Assembly: GCA_964522305.1 (NCBI GenBank)
Contig: CAZFVM010000001.1
Location: forward strand, 1-51,814
DNA from: an uncultured Oscillospiraceae bacterium
GTDB lineage: Bacteria; Bacillota; Clostridia; Oscillospirales; CAG-382
DNA: 51,814 bases
Reading direction: 5' to 3'
Every line of letters begins with the position of its first letter. The first letter of the stretch is position 1. The notes under the pieces are model-generated. The model was not told the DNA's origin. It worked only from the letters and a program-made list of their open reading frames with translations, and did no database searches. Of this stretch, positions 17,395 through 27,376 are shown one piece after another. Made by a program: the position numbers and the translations under genes.

Positions 17395-20028
17395 TTACAG
17401 CTCGGTCAATGCCTTGGTGACTTTGTCGTACAAATCCTTGTATTTGTTGTATTTTTCCCGTTGCTCAGCGATTATAGGTTCCGGGGCTTTTGAGGTAAAC
17501 TGAGGGTTGCTCAGCTTTTTGTCTGCCCGCTCCATTTCTTGCTTTGCCACGAGTTGCTCTTTTTGCAGTCTAATGCGCTCTGCCTCGGTGTCTACTATAT
17601 CTGATTGGGGGATAAACACCCGAGCCCCCTCGGTGATGATATGGATATTGTTACCCTCCGGTGGAGAGGATACATATAAAACCTCTTGCGCTCCGGCAAG
17701 CTTAACGAAGAAATTCTCCTTGCCTTCATATACATCGGCCTTTTGGGGAAGGATATATAAGAGTGCCTTTCTTGAGGGGGGAACGTTCATCTCGGCCCTG
17801 CGGTTTCTTATCGCTCTTATGGTATCTATTATAAGTCGAAGGCCCTCTTCCTGTACGGGAAAATCCCAATTCTTTTGGCTCACAGGGTAACTGCCTAACA
17901 TGATGCTGCCCGTTGTGTTAGGCAAAGATTGCCATATCTCTTCGGTGACAAAGGGCATAAAGGGATGCAACAGCAAAAGGATGCCGGTAAGAACATGGGT
18001 TAAGGTGTTTTGTGCCGATTTGTTGGAGGGATCAGACTTATCAGACAGCCTGCCTTTGACCAACTCTATGTACCAATCGCAATATATATCCCAGGTAAAA
18101 TCATATAGCTTAGAAAGCCCGATACCAAGTTCATAACGATCCAAGTTATCTCGGACTTCCGGTATAAGCCGATTGTATTGAGAAATAAGCCACTTATCTT
18201 CGTCTTGCAGTGAATCGATGTCAATCTCCCCGGCACAGTCCTCGTCTATGTTCATCAGAACAAAACGGGCAGCGTTCCATAGCTTGTTGGCAAAGTTCCT
18301 CGCCGCTTCCACCTTTTCGGTGGAAAACCGCATGTCGTTGCCGGGACTGTTGCCGGAGATGAGAGAAAATCTCAAAGCATCGGCACCGTATAGGTCGATT
18401 ATCTCCAAGGGGTCCACCCCGTTGTCTAAGGATTTGGACATTTTTCGACCCAGATGGTCCCTTACAAGGCCGTGGATTAACACATCGGAAAAGGGCTTTT
18501 GCCCGGTGTATTCCAAGGCGGAGAATATCATTCTGGAAACCCAGAAGGTAATTATATCATAGCCGGTCACCAGTACCGTGGTGGGATAGAAATTCTTATA
18601 GTCCTCGGTGTCCTCGGGCCAGCCCAAAGTAGAAAAGGGCCATAATGCCGAGGAAAACCAGGTGTCTAAGGTGTCCGGGTCTTGGCGTAAGGGAGAGCTG
18701 CATTGGTCGCAGACCGGGGATTTTTCTCGAGTTACCACCACGGTGTCGCAATCGTCGCAATAAAAGGCGGGAATCCTGTGGCCCCACCACAGCTGGCGGG
18801 AGATACACCAATCCTTGATGTTTTCCATCCAATGGAGGTAGTTCTTGTCGAACCGCTCGGGTACAAAACGGACATCCCCGTTTTTGACTGCTTTTATGGC
18901 GGGCTTTGCCAAGGGTTGCATCTTTACGAACCACTGCAGTGAAGCGGTGGGTTCTATGGTGGTGTCACAGCGATAACATGCTCCGACATTGTGGTCATGG
19001 TCCTCGGTCATTACAAGAAACCCTTGGGATTCCAGATCCTTGACAATCTGTGCTCGGGCTTCATAACGGTCCATACCTGAATAAGGAGGGTAGTTTTCGG
19101 TTATCTTCGCGTCCTCGGTCATCATAACTTCCAAGGGAAGATTGTGACGCTGGCCCACCTCAAAGTCGTTGGGGTCGTGGGCGGGGGTTATCTTTACCAC
19201 CCCGGTTCCAAAGTCTTTTTCCACATAGTCGTCTGCGACTATGGGAATCTCTCTTCCCACCAAGGGTAATATAACGGTTTTGCCTATAAGGTGCTTGTAG
19301 CGGTCGTCCTCGGGGTTGACCGCCACTGCAGTATCCCCCAGCATGGTCTCGGGACGGGTGGTGGCAAGCTGAACATGTCCGCTTCCGTCGGTCAAGGGGT
19401 ATCTGATATGCCAGAAATGCCCTGCTTTGTCGCTGTATTCCACCTCGGCGTCCGAGATAGAAGTCAAACAGGTGGGGCACCAGTTTATTATCCTGACTCC
19501 GCGATATATAAGTCCCTTCTCATAAAGGCGGATAAAGACTTCTTCCACCGCCTTAGAGCAACCCTCGTCTAAGGTAAATCTTGTCCTGCTCCAGTCGCAG
19601 GAGGTACCTATCTTCTTGAGTTGCTCTATTATTCTTCCGCCATAAACTCGGTTCCATTCCCAGGCTCGGGTCAAAAACCCCTCCCGTCCCAAATCGTCCT
19701 TGGTTAACCCCTCTTTTTTCATGGAGTCTACTATTCGGGATTCGGTGGCTATGGAGGCATGGTCTGTCCCCGGCAACCAAAGGGTGTTGTACCCACACAT
19801 CCGCTTGTATCGGGTGAGGATATCCTGGAGGGCATTATCCAAAGCGTGCCCCATATGCAGTTGTCCCGTGATGTTGGGGGGAGGCATGACTATGGAAAAA
19901 TGAGGGTTTGACGCTTTTGCCGGGTCGGTGTCACTTGCGGGCTTGAAATAACCGCTGCTTTCCCACTCGGCATATATTCTGTCCTCAAACAATGAGGGGT
20001 CGTATTTTTTGTCCAGCTGCTTGCTCAT
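17395..20028 (-). CDS. valS: Valine--tRNA ligase
   Basis: HIGH-type motif PPPNITGQLHMGHA, KMSKS motif and a C-terminal coiled coil. I prefer the start at ATG 20028 (MSKQLDKKYDP). The ORF extends to 20052. Confidence 0.95.
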   Translation of the reverse strand: MSKQLDKKYDPSLFEDRIYAEWESSGYFKPASDTDPAKASNPHFSIVMPPPNITGQLHMGHALDNALQDILTRYKRMCGYNTLWLPGTDHASIATESRIVDSMKKEGLTKDDLGREGFLTRAWEWNRVYGGRIIEQLKKIGTSCDWSRTRFTLDEGCSKAVEEVFIRLYEKGLIYRGVRIINWCPTCLTSISDAEVEYSDKAGHFWHIRYPLTDGSGHVQLATTRPETMLGDTAVAVNPEDDRYKHLIGKTVILPLVGREIPIVADDYVEKDFGTGVVKITPAHDPNDFEVGQRHNLPLEVMMTEDAKITENYPPYSGMDRYEARAQIVKDLESQGFLVMTEDHDHNVGACYRCDTTIEPTASLQWFVKMQPLAKPAIKAVKNGDVRFVPERFDKNYLHWMENIKDWCISRQLWWGHRIPAFYCDDCDTVVVTREKSPVCDQCSSPLRQDPDTLDTWFSSALWPFSTLGWPEDTEDYKNFYPTTVLVTGYDIITFWVSRMIFSALEYTGQKPFSDVLIHGLVRDHLGRKMSKSLDNGVDPLEIIDLYGADALRFSLISGNSPGNDMRFSTEKVEAARNFANKLWNAARFVLMNIDEDCAGEIDIDSLQDEDKWLISQYNRLIPEVRDNLDRYELGIGLSKLYDFTWDIYCDWYIELVKGRLSDKSDPSNKSAQNTLTHVLTGILLLLHPFMPFVTEEIWQSLPNTTGSIMLGSYPVSQKNWDFPVQEEGLRLIIDTIRAIRNRRAEMNVPPSRKALLYILPQKADVYEGKENFFVKLAGAQEVLYVSSPPEGNNIHIITEGARVFIPQSDIVDTEAERIRLQKEQLVAKQEMERADKKLSNPQFTSKAPEPIIAEQREKYNKYKDLYDKVTKALTEL

Positions 20029-20044
20029 CTTTTTATATGTCCCT

Positions 20045-21307
20045 TCAATCAAGCTTGTTGATAATAAGTCCGGATTTTAGTTTTGGATAAAAATAGGTGC
20101 TCTTTTGGGGCATTTTGTCCCCGGCTTGAGCCACATTCTTTATCTCATGTATCTTGGTGGGGTTTATTATAAAGGACAGCACACACTCCCCGGATTTTAC
20201 CTTGTCGATCGCCTCTTGGGCAGATCGGGTATACCGAAGGTTTGTTTGTTTTGCCATGTTTTCTTTATCTATCCCCAGGGCTTTTTCCAGTATAAGGGTA
20301 TGGAGGGTGGTTACATCCAGCCTTGCATAGGCTTCGGACCTGTCTTTGTAGGTTATTTCGTCCACATGCTCTTTTGCAACAAGTAAAGTAAAGCCCTCGC
20401 CGCCATCATACATGGCAAAGGCGTGGCGGTGGGTGTATTGTCCGAGGGTTTCTTCTACCTCTGTAATATCCTTGTGTTCGGTGATGTAGAAGTCAGGCTC
20501 TATCTTTTTTAAGAGTTCTTCTTTGTCCACAGAAAGCCCGGTAATCAGTCGATGGGTGGGGAAAATAACCAACCCCTTGTCGTCCATGTCTACCAAGGTC
20601 ATCATAAGGTAATCCCCGGTAGTGCCTTCCAGAGATCCGGTAGATTCCAAGTGTTTTTTGTAGTTTAGTGCGGTTTCATACCGATGATGACCGTCGGCTA
20701 TGAATAATTGCTTGTCCGAGAAAGCGGCTTGTAGCCCGGAAATCATCTGTTCGTCGGTTATTTTCCACAGGGTGTGGGTAACCTCTTCTTCATCGGTGAA
20801 AGAATACAAAGGCGAGCTTTGGGTACCCTTGGACAATATCGGAGATATCTTGTTGTCCTCATCTAAATAAAGGGAATAAACCGAGGAGAAGTTGCAGTTT
20901 GTAGCGCTCATCAGGTTGAACCTGTCGGTCTTTGCCTTACTTAAGGTCTCCTCGTGGGGCAAAACCACTCTTTCGGAAAATTCATATAACTTTGTAAGGC
21001 AGATAAGTCCGGTAAAGACATATGCTTTGTCCTTGACAAAGAAGCTCTCGCGATAGACAAAAACCCCTTCTTCTTCGTCTCTTTGAAGTATGCCTGAGGA
21101 AATCCACTCTTGTAGCAAGGCACCCGCTTGTGCATATTTGTCTTCTCCCACGGGGAGTTCTAACTGTACATGATTGTAGGGGGAGCGTCGGATAAGAGCG
21201 AGTCGCTCTTCTTCATTTATGATGTCATAAGGAGGACATACATTGTCGGATATGTCCCCCGCTTTATTTGTAAATCTAAGAGCTTTTAAAGGTTTGATTT
21301 TTGCCAT
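20045..21307 (-). CDS. DUF1015 family protein
   Basis: 420 aa, MAKIKPLKALRF...CPPYDII...IADGHHRYETAL, typical of DUF1015. Confidence 0.8.
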   Translation of the reverse strand: MAKIKPLKALRFTNKAGDISDNVCPPYDIINEEERLALIRRSPYNHVQLELPVGEDKYAQAGALLQEWISSGILQRDEEEGVFVYRESFFVKDKAYVFTGLICLTKLYEFSERVVLPHEETLSKAKTDRFNLMSATNCNFSSVYSLYLDEDNKISPILSKGTQSSPLYSFTDEEEVTHTLWKITDEQMISGLQAAFSDKQLFIADGHHRYETALNYKKHLESTGSLEGTTGDYLMMTLVDMDDKGLVIFPTHRLITGLSVDKEELLKKIEPDFYITEHKDITEVEETLGQYTHRHAFAMYDGGEGFTLLVAKEHVDEITYKDRSEAYARLDVTTLHTLILEKALGIDKENMAKQTNLRYTRSAQEAIDKVKSGECVLSFIINPTKIHEIKNVAQAGDKMPQKSTYFYPKLKSGLIINKLD

Positions 21308-21350
21308 AGTTATCCCTCGTAATATATAAAAATTTTGTTAAACAATGTTT

Positions 21351-23720
21351 TTATGCCTTCTCCAGCCTGGCATAGGTCCCCATCAGTCGCTTGACCGAGC
21401 CGTCCGAGAACTCTACTTCGTACAGGATGTCTCCACCCATCTTCTGAGCGGACACAACAACCCCGTCCCCTAACATGGGGTGGGTTACCTTCGCTCCGGC
21501 GTCAAAGAACTCCGAAGAGGATTCTGTCTCTGTGGGCTGGCCCCTCTCTATGTTCTGGATAAAGGAGGCTTTGGATTTGTCAAACTTCTTCTTCGCTTCG
21601 CTGACCGTTCCCGTGGAGGCGATGGGTTTTGCGTCTATAATCTTGTTTTCTGCGGGAATCTCGTTGGCAAACCTGGATAGCCTGTTGGAAGAGGTCCTGC
21701 CATATAAAAGTCGGGTACGGGTGTGAAGTATAATCACCCGTTCTTGCGCTCTGGTGATTGCGACATAAGCCAACCTTCGTTCTTCCTCGATTGACCTTTC
21801 TCCCTCCTCTATAGATTGGGAGGTAGGAAAGAGGTTTTCTTCAAACCCGGTGATAAACACGACCGGAAACTCCAACCCCTTTGCAGAATGTATGGTCATT
21901 AAATTAACGGCATTGGCGTCGCTGTCATAATTATCTATATCGCTCACCAGTGCCACTTCCTCCAAGAAAGCGGAAAGAGAGGGGTCTTCGGCTTGGGTTT
22001 CGTAAGTTACCCCCGAGGATATAAGCTCTTCTACATTATCTGCCCGGTCCGAGTTTTCCTCGGATTCTTCCAGCATTTCTTTGTACTTGGTCCTTATAAT
22101 GGTTTCGGAGATGACCTCGGAAACCTTGGCAGTTGCGGATAGCTCTCGCAACCCTTCGATAAGGCTTGCAAATGCCTTAAGCCTTGCCAGTGCCTTTGAC
22201 AACTCCGGATAATTCTTGGCGTTTGTTACTACATTGAATAACGAGACACCTTCTCTTTGAGCAATCTCGTCGATTAGCGCTAAGGTGGTAGTCCCTATCT
22301 GACGGCGAGGGGTGTTGATAATTCTGCGGAACCTGACATCGTCGTCGGGGTTGTTGACCAAGGATAGATATGCCAAAATATCTTTGATTTCTTTGCGCTC
22401 ATAAAACCTGACCCCGCCAAAGATTCGATAGGGGATACGGTTCTTTGATATAATGGTCTCCAAGGAGTTAGATTGAGAGTTAAGCCTGTACAATACTGCG
22501 AAGTCCTTGTATTTGTTCTTATGAGAATTGACTGCTTTGCGGATATACTCCATTATGTAGGTAGCTTCACCGCTGTGGGTGGACTCTTGCTTTATCAGTA
22601 TGGGTTCGCCCTCTTCTTTATCGCACCACAAGTTCTTCTCTCGCCTGCCGGTGTTGTGCTTGATAAGCCCGTTGGCAGCAGCCAAAATATTGCCGGTAGA
22701 ACGATAGTTTTGTTCCAGACGAATCACTTTGGCAGAGTCGTAGGCTTTGTCAAAATTAAGGATGTTCTCTATGGTTGCCCCTCTGAAGGCATAAATGCTC
22801 TGGTCGTCGTCTCCGACAACACAGACGTTTTGCTTCTTACCGCCCAACAGGTGTATAAGATCGCTTTGGGAGGGGTTGGTATCCTGGAACTCGTCCACCA
22901 ATATATAGTTAAACTGCTGTTGATATCTCTTTAATACCTCCGGGTGCCTCTTGAATAGCAATAATGTCAGCAAAATTATATCATCAAAATCCAGAGCATT
23001 GGCAAGACGCAGCCTTGCCTGGTATTCGTTATATAGCCTCGAAACCCTCAACTTAAGCTGGTCTTTACCCACTGTGTCGGCATAATCCTCCGGAAACAAC
23101 CCTTCTTCTTTTGCCCGGGAGATTCGCTTTAGAGCGTCCACCGGTGATGGGAGACCGTTTTCCATATTAAGGTGCTTGGCGCTCTCGGTAATAAGCTTCT
23201 TTGAGTCATCGGTATCATATATGGTAAAGCTGTTGTTATAACCCAAAAGGTTGATATGTCTTCTCAAAATCCTGACACATATCGAATGGAAGGTACCCGC
23301 CCATATATCCGTCGCTGATTCCCCCAACAAGTTCGCCAGTCGTTCTTTGAACTCGTTGGCAGCCTTGTTGGTAAAGGTTATGCAAAGCACTTCATGGGGC
23401 TTTGCGGGGTTGACGGCGGTCTTTAGTAAAAACTCTTTGACACGGCCCTCGTCGTCGCTGTCCCTTGCCTCTTTTGCCAGCTGCAACAACTCGGGAGAGT
23501 ACATATCGCCACCGCCAAAATAAGCGTCTCCGAAGTTTATTATCTGGGCTATTCTGTTAACCAAAACAGTGGTTTTGCCGCTGCCCGCTCCGGCGATGAC
23601 CAATAAAGGTCCCATAACCGAAAAAACAGCTTTACGCTGCATGGGGTTTAGATGTTGGTAGTGCCGGTCAAACAGTTCTGTCTTGATAATTGCGTACTCT
23701 TCTTTGCTCAAATTTTTCAC
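21351..23720 (-). CDS. pcrA: ATP-dependent DNA helicase PcrA/UvrD family
   Basis: 789 aa with AGAGSGKTTVL Walker A, VDEFQDTN, and other SF1 helicase motifs throughout. Confidence 0.9.
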   Translation of the reverse strand: MKNLSKEEYAIIKTELFDRHYQHLNPMQRKAVFSVMGPLLVIAGAGSGKTTVLVNRIAQIINFGDAYFGGGDMYSPELLQLAKEARDSDDEGRVKEFLLKTAVNPAKPHEVLCITFTNKAANEFKERLANLLGESATDIWAGTFHSICVRILRRHINLLGYNNSFTIYDTDDSKKLITESAKHLNMENGLPSPVDALKRISRAKEEGLFPEDYADTVGKDQLKLRVSRLYNEYQARLRLANALDFDDIILLTLLLFKRHPEVLKRYQQQFNYILVDEFQDTNPSQSDLIHLLGGKKQNVCVVGDDDQSIYAFRGATIENILNFDKAYDSAKVIRLEQNYRSTGNILAAANGLIKHNTGRREKNLWCDKEEGEPILIKQESTHSGEATYIMEYIRKAVNSHKNKYKDFAVLYRLNSQSNSLETIISKNRIPYRIFGGVRFYERKEIKDILAYLSLVNNPDDDVRFRRIINTPRRQIGTTTLALIDEIAQREGVSLFNVVTNAKNYPELSKALARLKAFASLIEGLRELSATAKVSEVISETIIRTKYKEMLEESEENSDRADNVEELISSGVTYETQAEDPSLSAFLEEVALVSDIDNYDSDANAVNLMTIHSAKGLEFPVVFITGFEENLFPTSQSIEEGERSIEEERRLAYVAITRAQERVIILHTRTRLLYGRTSSNRLSRFANEIPAENKIIDAKPIASTGTVSEAKKKFDKSKASFIQNIERGQPTETESSSEFFDAGAKVTHPMLGDGVVVSAQKMGGDILYEVEFSDGSVKRLMGTYARLEKA

Positions 23721-23877
23721 ATCTTTTCTTTTTGATAACTGTCAGTTATTTCTTTTTGTGATCTATTACAGTATACATCAAACCCGAGATAATTGCAAGG
23801 AAAAGACACTTATGTCTCGGTAGCGGCTCTGCAGATTTTTTACCCCTCCGTTCCTTTGTGGTCATATGCCCTTTTTG

Positions 23878-23906
23878 TTGACATATAGGGGAAAATACTA
23901 TAAAAT
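23878..23906 (+). promoter_or_regulatory. Sigma-A-like promoter of the dockerin/SGNH gene
   Basis: TTGACA (23878-23883), 17-nt spacer, TAAAAT (23901-23906). Confidence 0.5.
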
Positions 23907-23952
23907 AAAAATAATGTATTTATCTAAGAGAAAAAGATTAGGGAGAAAAAAC

Positions 23953-26505
23953 ATGTTTAAATTCCGTCCTCTGGCATTGTTGATAGTTCTGGCATTAATC
24001 CTTGCAAACCCCGTGTTTGGTGGTGCATATGGCAGTGAAGACCACAAGCTTACCATAACCCACATAGACACCAATTGCACCGAAGAAGGGGCAGCCATAA
24101 TTCTGACTCCGGATATGGGAGAGACTGTGGGAGCAATTTCATCTTTTGAATGGTGGTTTTTGACAGTGTTCGACTGGGACAGCAACCAAAGCTGTTATAA
24201 GCTGATAGAAAAACATATTGCAGTTCAGACCAATAAGAGCAATGTGGTTATCCCGAAAAACGGTTTTGTATATGCCTCAAACCATGGTAACAATTATCCG
24301 CAGTTATATAAGGACACGGGTAATTCGGCTTTTGCCGACAAACCTAATTACAAGAACAAGCCGGTTTTGGATTCCTTGGATTACCTTGAGTCGGGTGATA
24401 TACCCGTTGGAGCCAAGGCATATCTGTATAACACCGATATAAAAAACAAGAGTATATCCAATAACGGCGCCAATTGGTATGAAGAAGGCTATGTTTCGGA
24501 TTCTTTTATCAAGATAGGCGAACCGGAGGCGACGGGAACCCCTTATAACCCCGAGGAGGCGCAGGAAATATTGTTTAAGATTAACTTAGGAATAACTCAC
24601 AACAATACCGACGGGATTGCCAACAACATGTCCATACTCTTTGATGATACCTACGGAAAAGATATTCAATCAAAGGGTAGCCAACGTTATGGCTGGTGGA
24701 AGACCGCGACCTTTGAGTGGGACGAGAAAGAGGATGTATATGTTGTAACCTCCTTATCGTTAAAGTTAGGTCAAGAAAACAGAAAACAACCCCTTATTCC
24801 GGACAAAGGATTTGTTCTGGCAGTTTGCACCGGAGGCCCGATTGCAGATATGACCTCCAACAACTTAGATAAAGTAAAAATAGGACAAAAGGCATATCTG
24901 TACAAATCTGAGCAAAGCGGAAGTTTTGATGCGATAACTATAAACCTTCCCGAGGAGTCAAGGCAGGAGTATCGACCGGATTTCGGCGCTACACGCTTGG
25001 AAGTTCCGGAGCTTATAGATATGGATTCGGATAGTACAATAGTCGGGGAAAAAGAGATTAAGGTAAGTTGGAACCCGGTTGCGGGAGCAGAGAAATATTA
25101 TGTTGCTTTTAGCGATATTACCTTCAATTCCGACAGCTTGATATTATCCAGAGCACATTCCTCAGCTACCGGTTTTACTATTGATAAGAAAATGGTTTCT
25201 ATAGGCAAGACCTATAATCTTAGCATATATGCCACTGCTCCGGGGAAAGAGTCTTCCAGGATATTGTCCTGCAAAATATCCATAATTAGTCAGGAAGCGG
25301 CTACAAGCAACATTCGAACCAAAAAGATAGTTGCCTTTGGGGATTCTATTACCGCTCGGACCGGATGGGTGGATATGCTGGGAGGCAGGTTTGGTGCCGG
25401 CATTATCAACTCCGGTGTGGGGGGCCAATCCGCCGATGCCGGCAGGGCGAGATTTGATCAGGATGTTCTTGCTCATAATCCGGACATAGTGATAATCAAC
25501 TTTGGGATGAACGACCAAGCCCATGTTATAGCCCAAAACCGTTCCAACAAGTCATTGAAGGACTACACCAATCACTTAGAGTACTTTGCAAAGACCTTGA
25601 CAGACAACAACATCGAGGTTCTCTTTGTTACTCCTAACAAGGTATTGACCCAGACGGGATATTACACCCCCGGGGCTTATGGCCTTGATTATGGAACAGA
25701 CAACATGTTGGATTTCTGCAACGCCATGAGGGAAGTCGCACAAAAATACGGCTGTGGTCTGGTAGATATTAACTATAACAACTCTCTGGGTAATCTGGCG
25801 GAATTTGTCGCCGCCGGAGACGGAATCCATCCGTCGGAGAAGGGTCACGAGGGCTATGCCCAAATGATTGGGGATTATCTTGTTGCTTTGTACGACAACA
25901 AGGATGCATCTTTTGTAGAAATAGAATACAAAGACACAGAGGGCGAAGCCATAACCTCTTCCGTTACCCTCAAAGGAGCAAAAGGCTCAAAAATGTTAAT
26001 CCCGCCTCTGCCTATAGAAGGATATGTTAGTCAAGACGAGACCGTCGCTTACACCTTTGTTGAAGGTGGCGGCAAGGTTACCTTTGTATACTCCCTTACA
26101 TCCAATAGCATTACCTTAAAGCCGGACAGTGAGTACAAAATCCAAGACGGATATCTTCATATCAATAAAGAAAAGACTACAGAGTCCGACTTGTTATCCA
26201 ATATTATAAATACAAATGTCAATCTTCAGGCATTTGTCGGCACTGTAATAGGAACCGGCAGTATACTGACCCTACCCGGCGAACAGGGCTACGAGTTGGA
26301 GGTAGTCCTAAAGGGGGACGCCAACGGAGACGGCAGTGTAGACGCCAAGGACTTTTTGTTTATAAAGCGGCACTTTTTGCAGACCTATGATTTGACAGGT
26401 GGATTTTTTCTTGCCGGGGATGTGGACGATAACGGCAAAATAAACGCCTCGGATTACCTGAGGATTAAGCGTCATTTTCTCCAAACCTTTAATATATACG
26501 AATAA
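23953..26505 (+). CDS. Secreted multidomain SGNH/GDSL hydrolase with C-terminal type I dockerin
   Basis: Signal peptide MFKFRPLALLIVLALILANPVFGG from ATG 23953, with AGGGAG SD. Two tandem related domains (nt 24049-24429 and 24583-24903). FN3-like segment. SGNH blocks FGDSIT...GVGG...FGMND...GDGIHPS (about nt 25324-25860). Dockerin repeats GDANGDGSVDAKDFLFIKRHFLQ and GDVDDNGKINASDYLRIKRHFLQ (26314-26490). Confidence 0.8.
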   Translation: MFKFRPLALLIVLALILANPVFGGAYGSEDHKLTITHIDTNCTEEGAAIILTPDMGETVGAISSFEWWFLTVFDWDSNQSCYKLIEKHIAVQTNKSNVVIPKNGFVYASNHGNNYPQLYKDTGNSAFADKPNYKNKPVLDSLDYLESGDIPVGAKAYLYNTDIKNKSISNNGANWYEEGYVSDSFIKIGEPEATGTPYNPEEAQEILFKINLGITHNNTDGIANNMSILFDDTYGKDIQSKGSQRYGWWKTATFEWDEKEDVYVVTSLSLKLGQENRKQPLIPDKGFVLAVCTGGPIADMTSNNLDKVKIGQKAYLYKSEQSGSFDAITINLPEESRQEYRPDFGATRLEVPELIDMDSDSTIVGEKEIKVSWNPVAGAEKYYVAFSDITFNSDSLILSRAHSSATGFTIDKKMVSIGKTYNLSIYATAPGKESSRILSCKISIISQEAATSNIRTKKIVAFGDSITARTGWVDMLGGRFGAGIINSGVGGQSADAGRARFDQDVLAHNPDIVIINFGMNDQAHVIAQNRSNKSLKDYTNHLEYFAKTLTDNNIEVLFVTPNKVLTQTGYYTPGAYGLDYGTDNMLDFCNAMREVAQKYGCGLVDINYNNSLGNLAEFVAAGDGIHPSEKGHEGYAQMIGDYLVALYDNKDASFVEIEYKDTEGEAITSSVTLKGAKGSKMLIPPLPIEGYVSQDETVAYTFVEGGGKVTFVYSLTSNSITLKPDSEYKIQDGYLHINKEKTTESDLLSNIINTNVNLQAFVGTVIGTGSILTLPGEQGYELEVVLKGDANGDGSVDAKDFLFIKRHFLQTYDLTGGFFLAGDVDDNGKINASDYLRIKRHFLQTFNIYE

Positions 26506-26524
26506 CAGCAAAAAAGGACTCTCT

Positions 26525-27223
26525 ATGGGAAACACAAAGCCCCAAGCCCAGTACATAGGTCACAGGAAAAGACTGAAAGAGCGGTTTTTATCCGACCCCA
26601 TGGGACAAAGCGAAGAGGAATTGTTAGAACTCTTGCTGACTTACGCTCTCCCGAGAAAGGATACTCGGCAGATAGCCGTCGAGTTAATCAAAGCTTTTGG
26701 TGACATATCCGGTGTGCTCCAAGCGTCGGAAAAGGACCTTATAAAACACAGCGGGATAAAAGAGCACTCGGTCGTATTGATAAAACTCGTGTCCGAGGTG
26801 TATGCCAGATTAAGTGCAAAACAAGAGGACAATCCCCCGTCTTTTTATGACTACAAGGTGGCGACGGGTTACTTGACAAAGCTGTTTGAGGGCAAAGAAA
26901 AGGAATATGTAGCAGTGGTCTGTATTGATGAACGAGGTCAACTGCTGGAAGGGAAGATATTGGGGGAGGGGAACATCAACTCGGTGACATTTTCCATAAG
27001 GGGAATAACCGAAGCTGCTATCAAAAACAACTGCAGAAATGTGATAATCTCCCACAATCACCCCCGGGGCAGAGCTATACCCTCCGATGAGGACATCAAC
27101 ACCACCCAACGGATAGCGGCGGCTTTGAGGATGAACGACATAACCCTGCGGGAGCACTATATAGTGGCGGGGGAGGATTGCACCCCTATTGTAAAGAACA
27201 TGCCGGAGCGTTACGGCGTATAA
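26525..27223 (+). CDS. radC: RadC-family JAB-domain protein
   Basis: 232 aa with an HhH-like N-terminus and the JAMM motif HNHPRGRAIPSDED. Confidence 0.9.
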   Translation: MGNTKPQAQYIGHRKRLKERFLSDPMGQSEEELLELLLTYALPRKDTRQIAVELIKAFGDISGVLQASEKDLIKHSGIKEHSVVLIKLVSEVYARLSAKQEDNPPSFYDYKVATGYLTKLFEGKEKEYVAVVCIDERGQLLEGKILGEGNINSVTFSIRGITEAAIKNNCRNVIISHNHPRGRAIPSDEDINTTQRIAAALRMNDITLREHYIVAGEDCTPIVKNMPERYGV

Positions 27224-27275
27224 AACGAGCGAAATAAACAGTAACACAAACAGATTTTTTTAAAAACAAGACTTA

Positions 27276-27327
27276 AAAACACGCTATAAAACGGACTAAA
27301 TAAGTCTGTCTTGGCGTGTTTTTTTGT
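27276..27327. terminator. Bidirectional terminator between radC and the convergent amidohydrolase gene
   Basis: Outer stem CACGC/GCGTG and inner stem ACGGACT/AGTCTGT, flanked by an A-run (27276-27279) and a T-run (27319-27325). Confidence 0.6.
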
Positions 27328-27376
27328 GGTGAAAATTTCTATGTCGAGCTTAGACTACAAAACCCTTTTGCGGTTT

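Noticed and set aside
20029-20044. Expected T-box leader upstream of valS, and likewise upstream of leuS at 33952-33997
   Set aside because: The upstream intergenic spaces are only about 16 nt and 46 nt. A T-box riboswitch of about 200 nt cannot fit. Both synthetase genes appear to be read through from upstream genes.
23735-23749. 15-bp palindrome ATAACTG-T-CAGTTAT just upstream of the pcrA start codon
   Set aside because: It is a single short palindrome with no second copy that I could see and no link to a known operator consensus (it is not LexA/DinR-like). The evidence is too weak to call a site.
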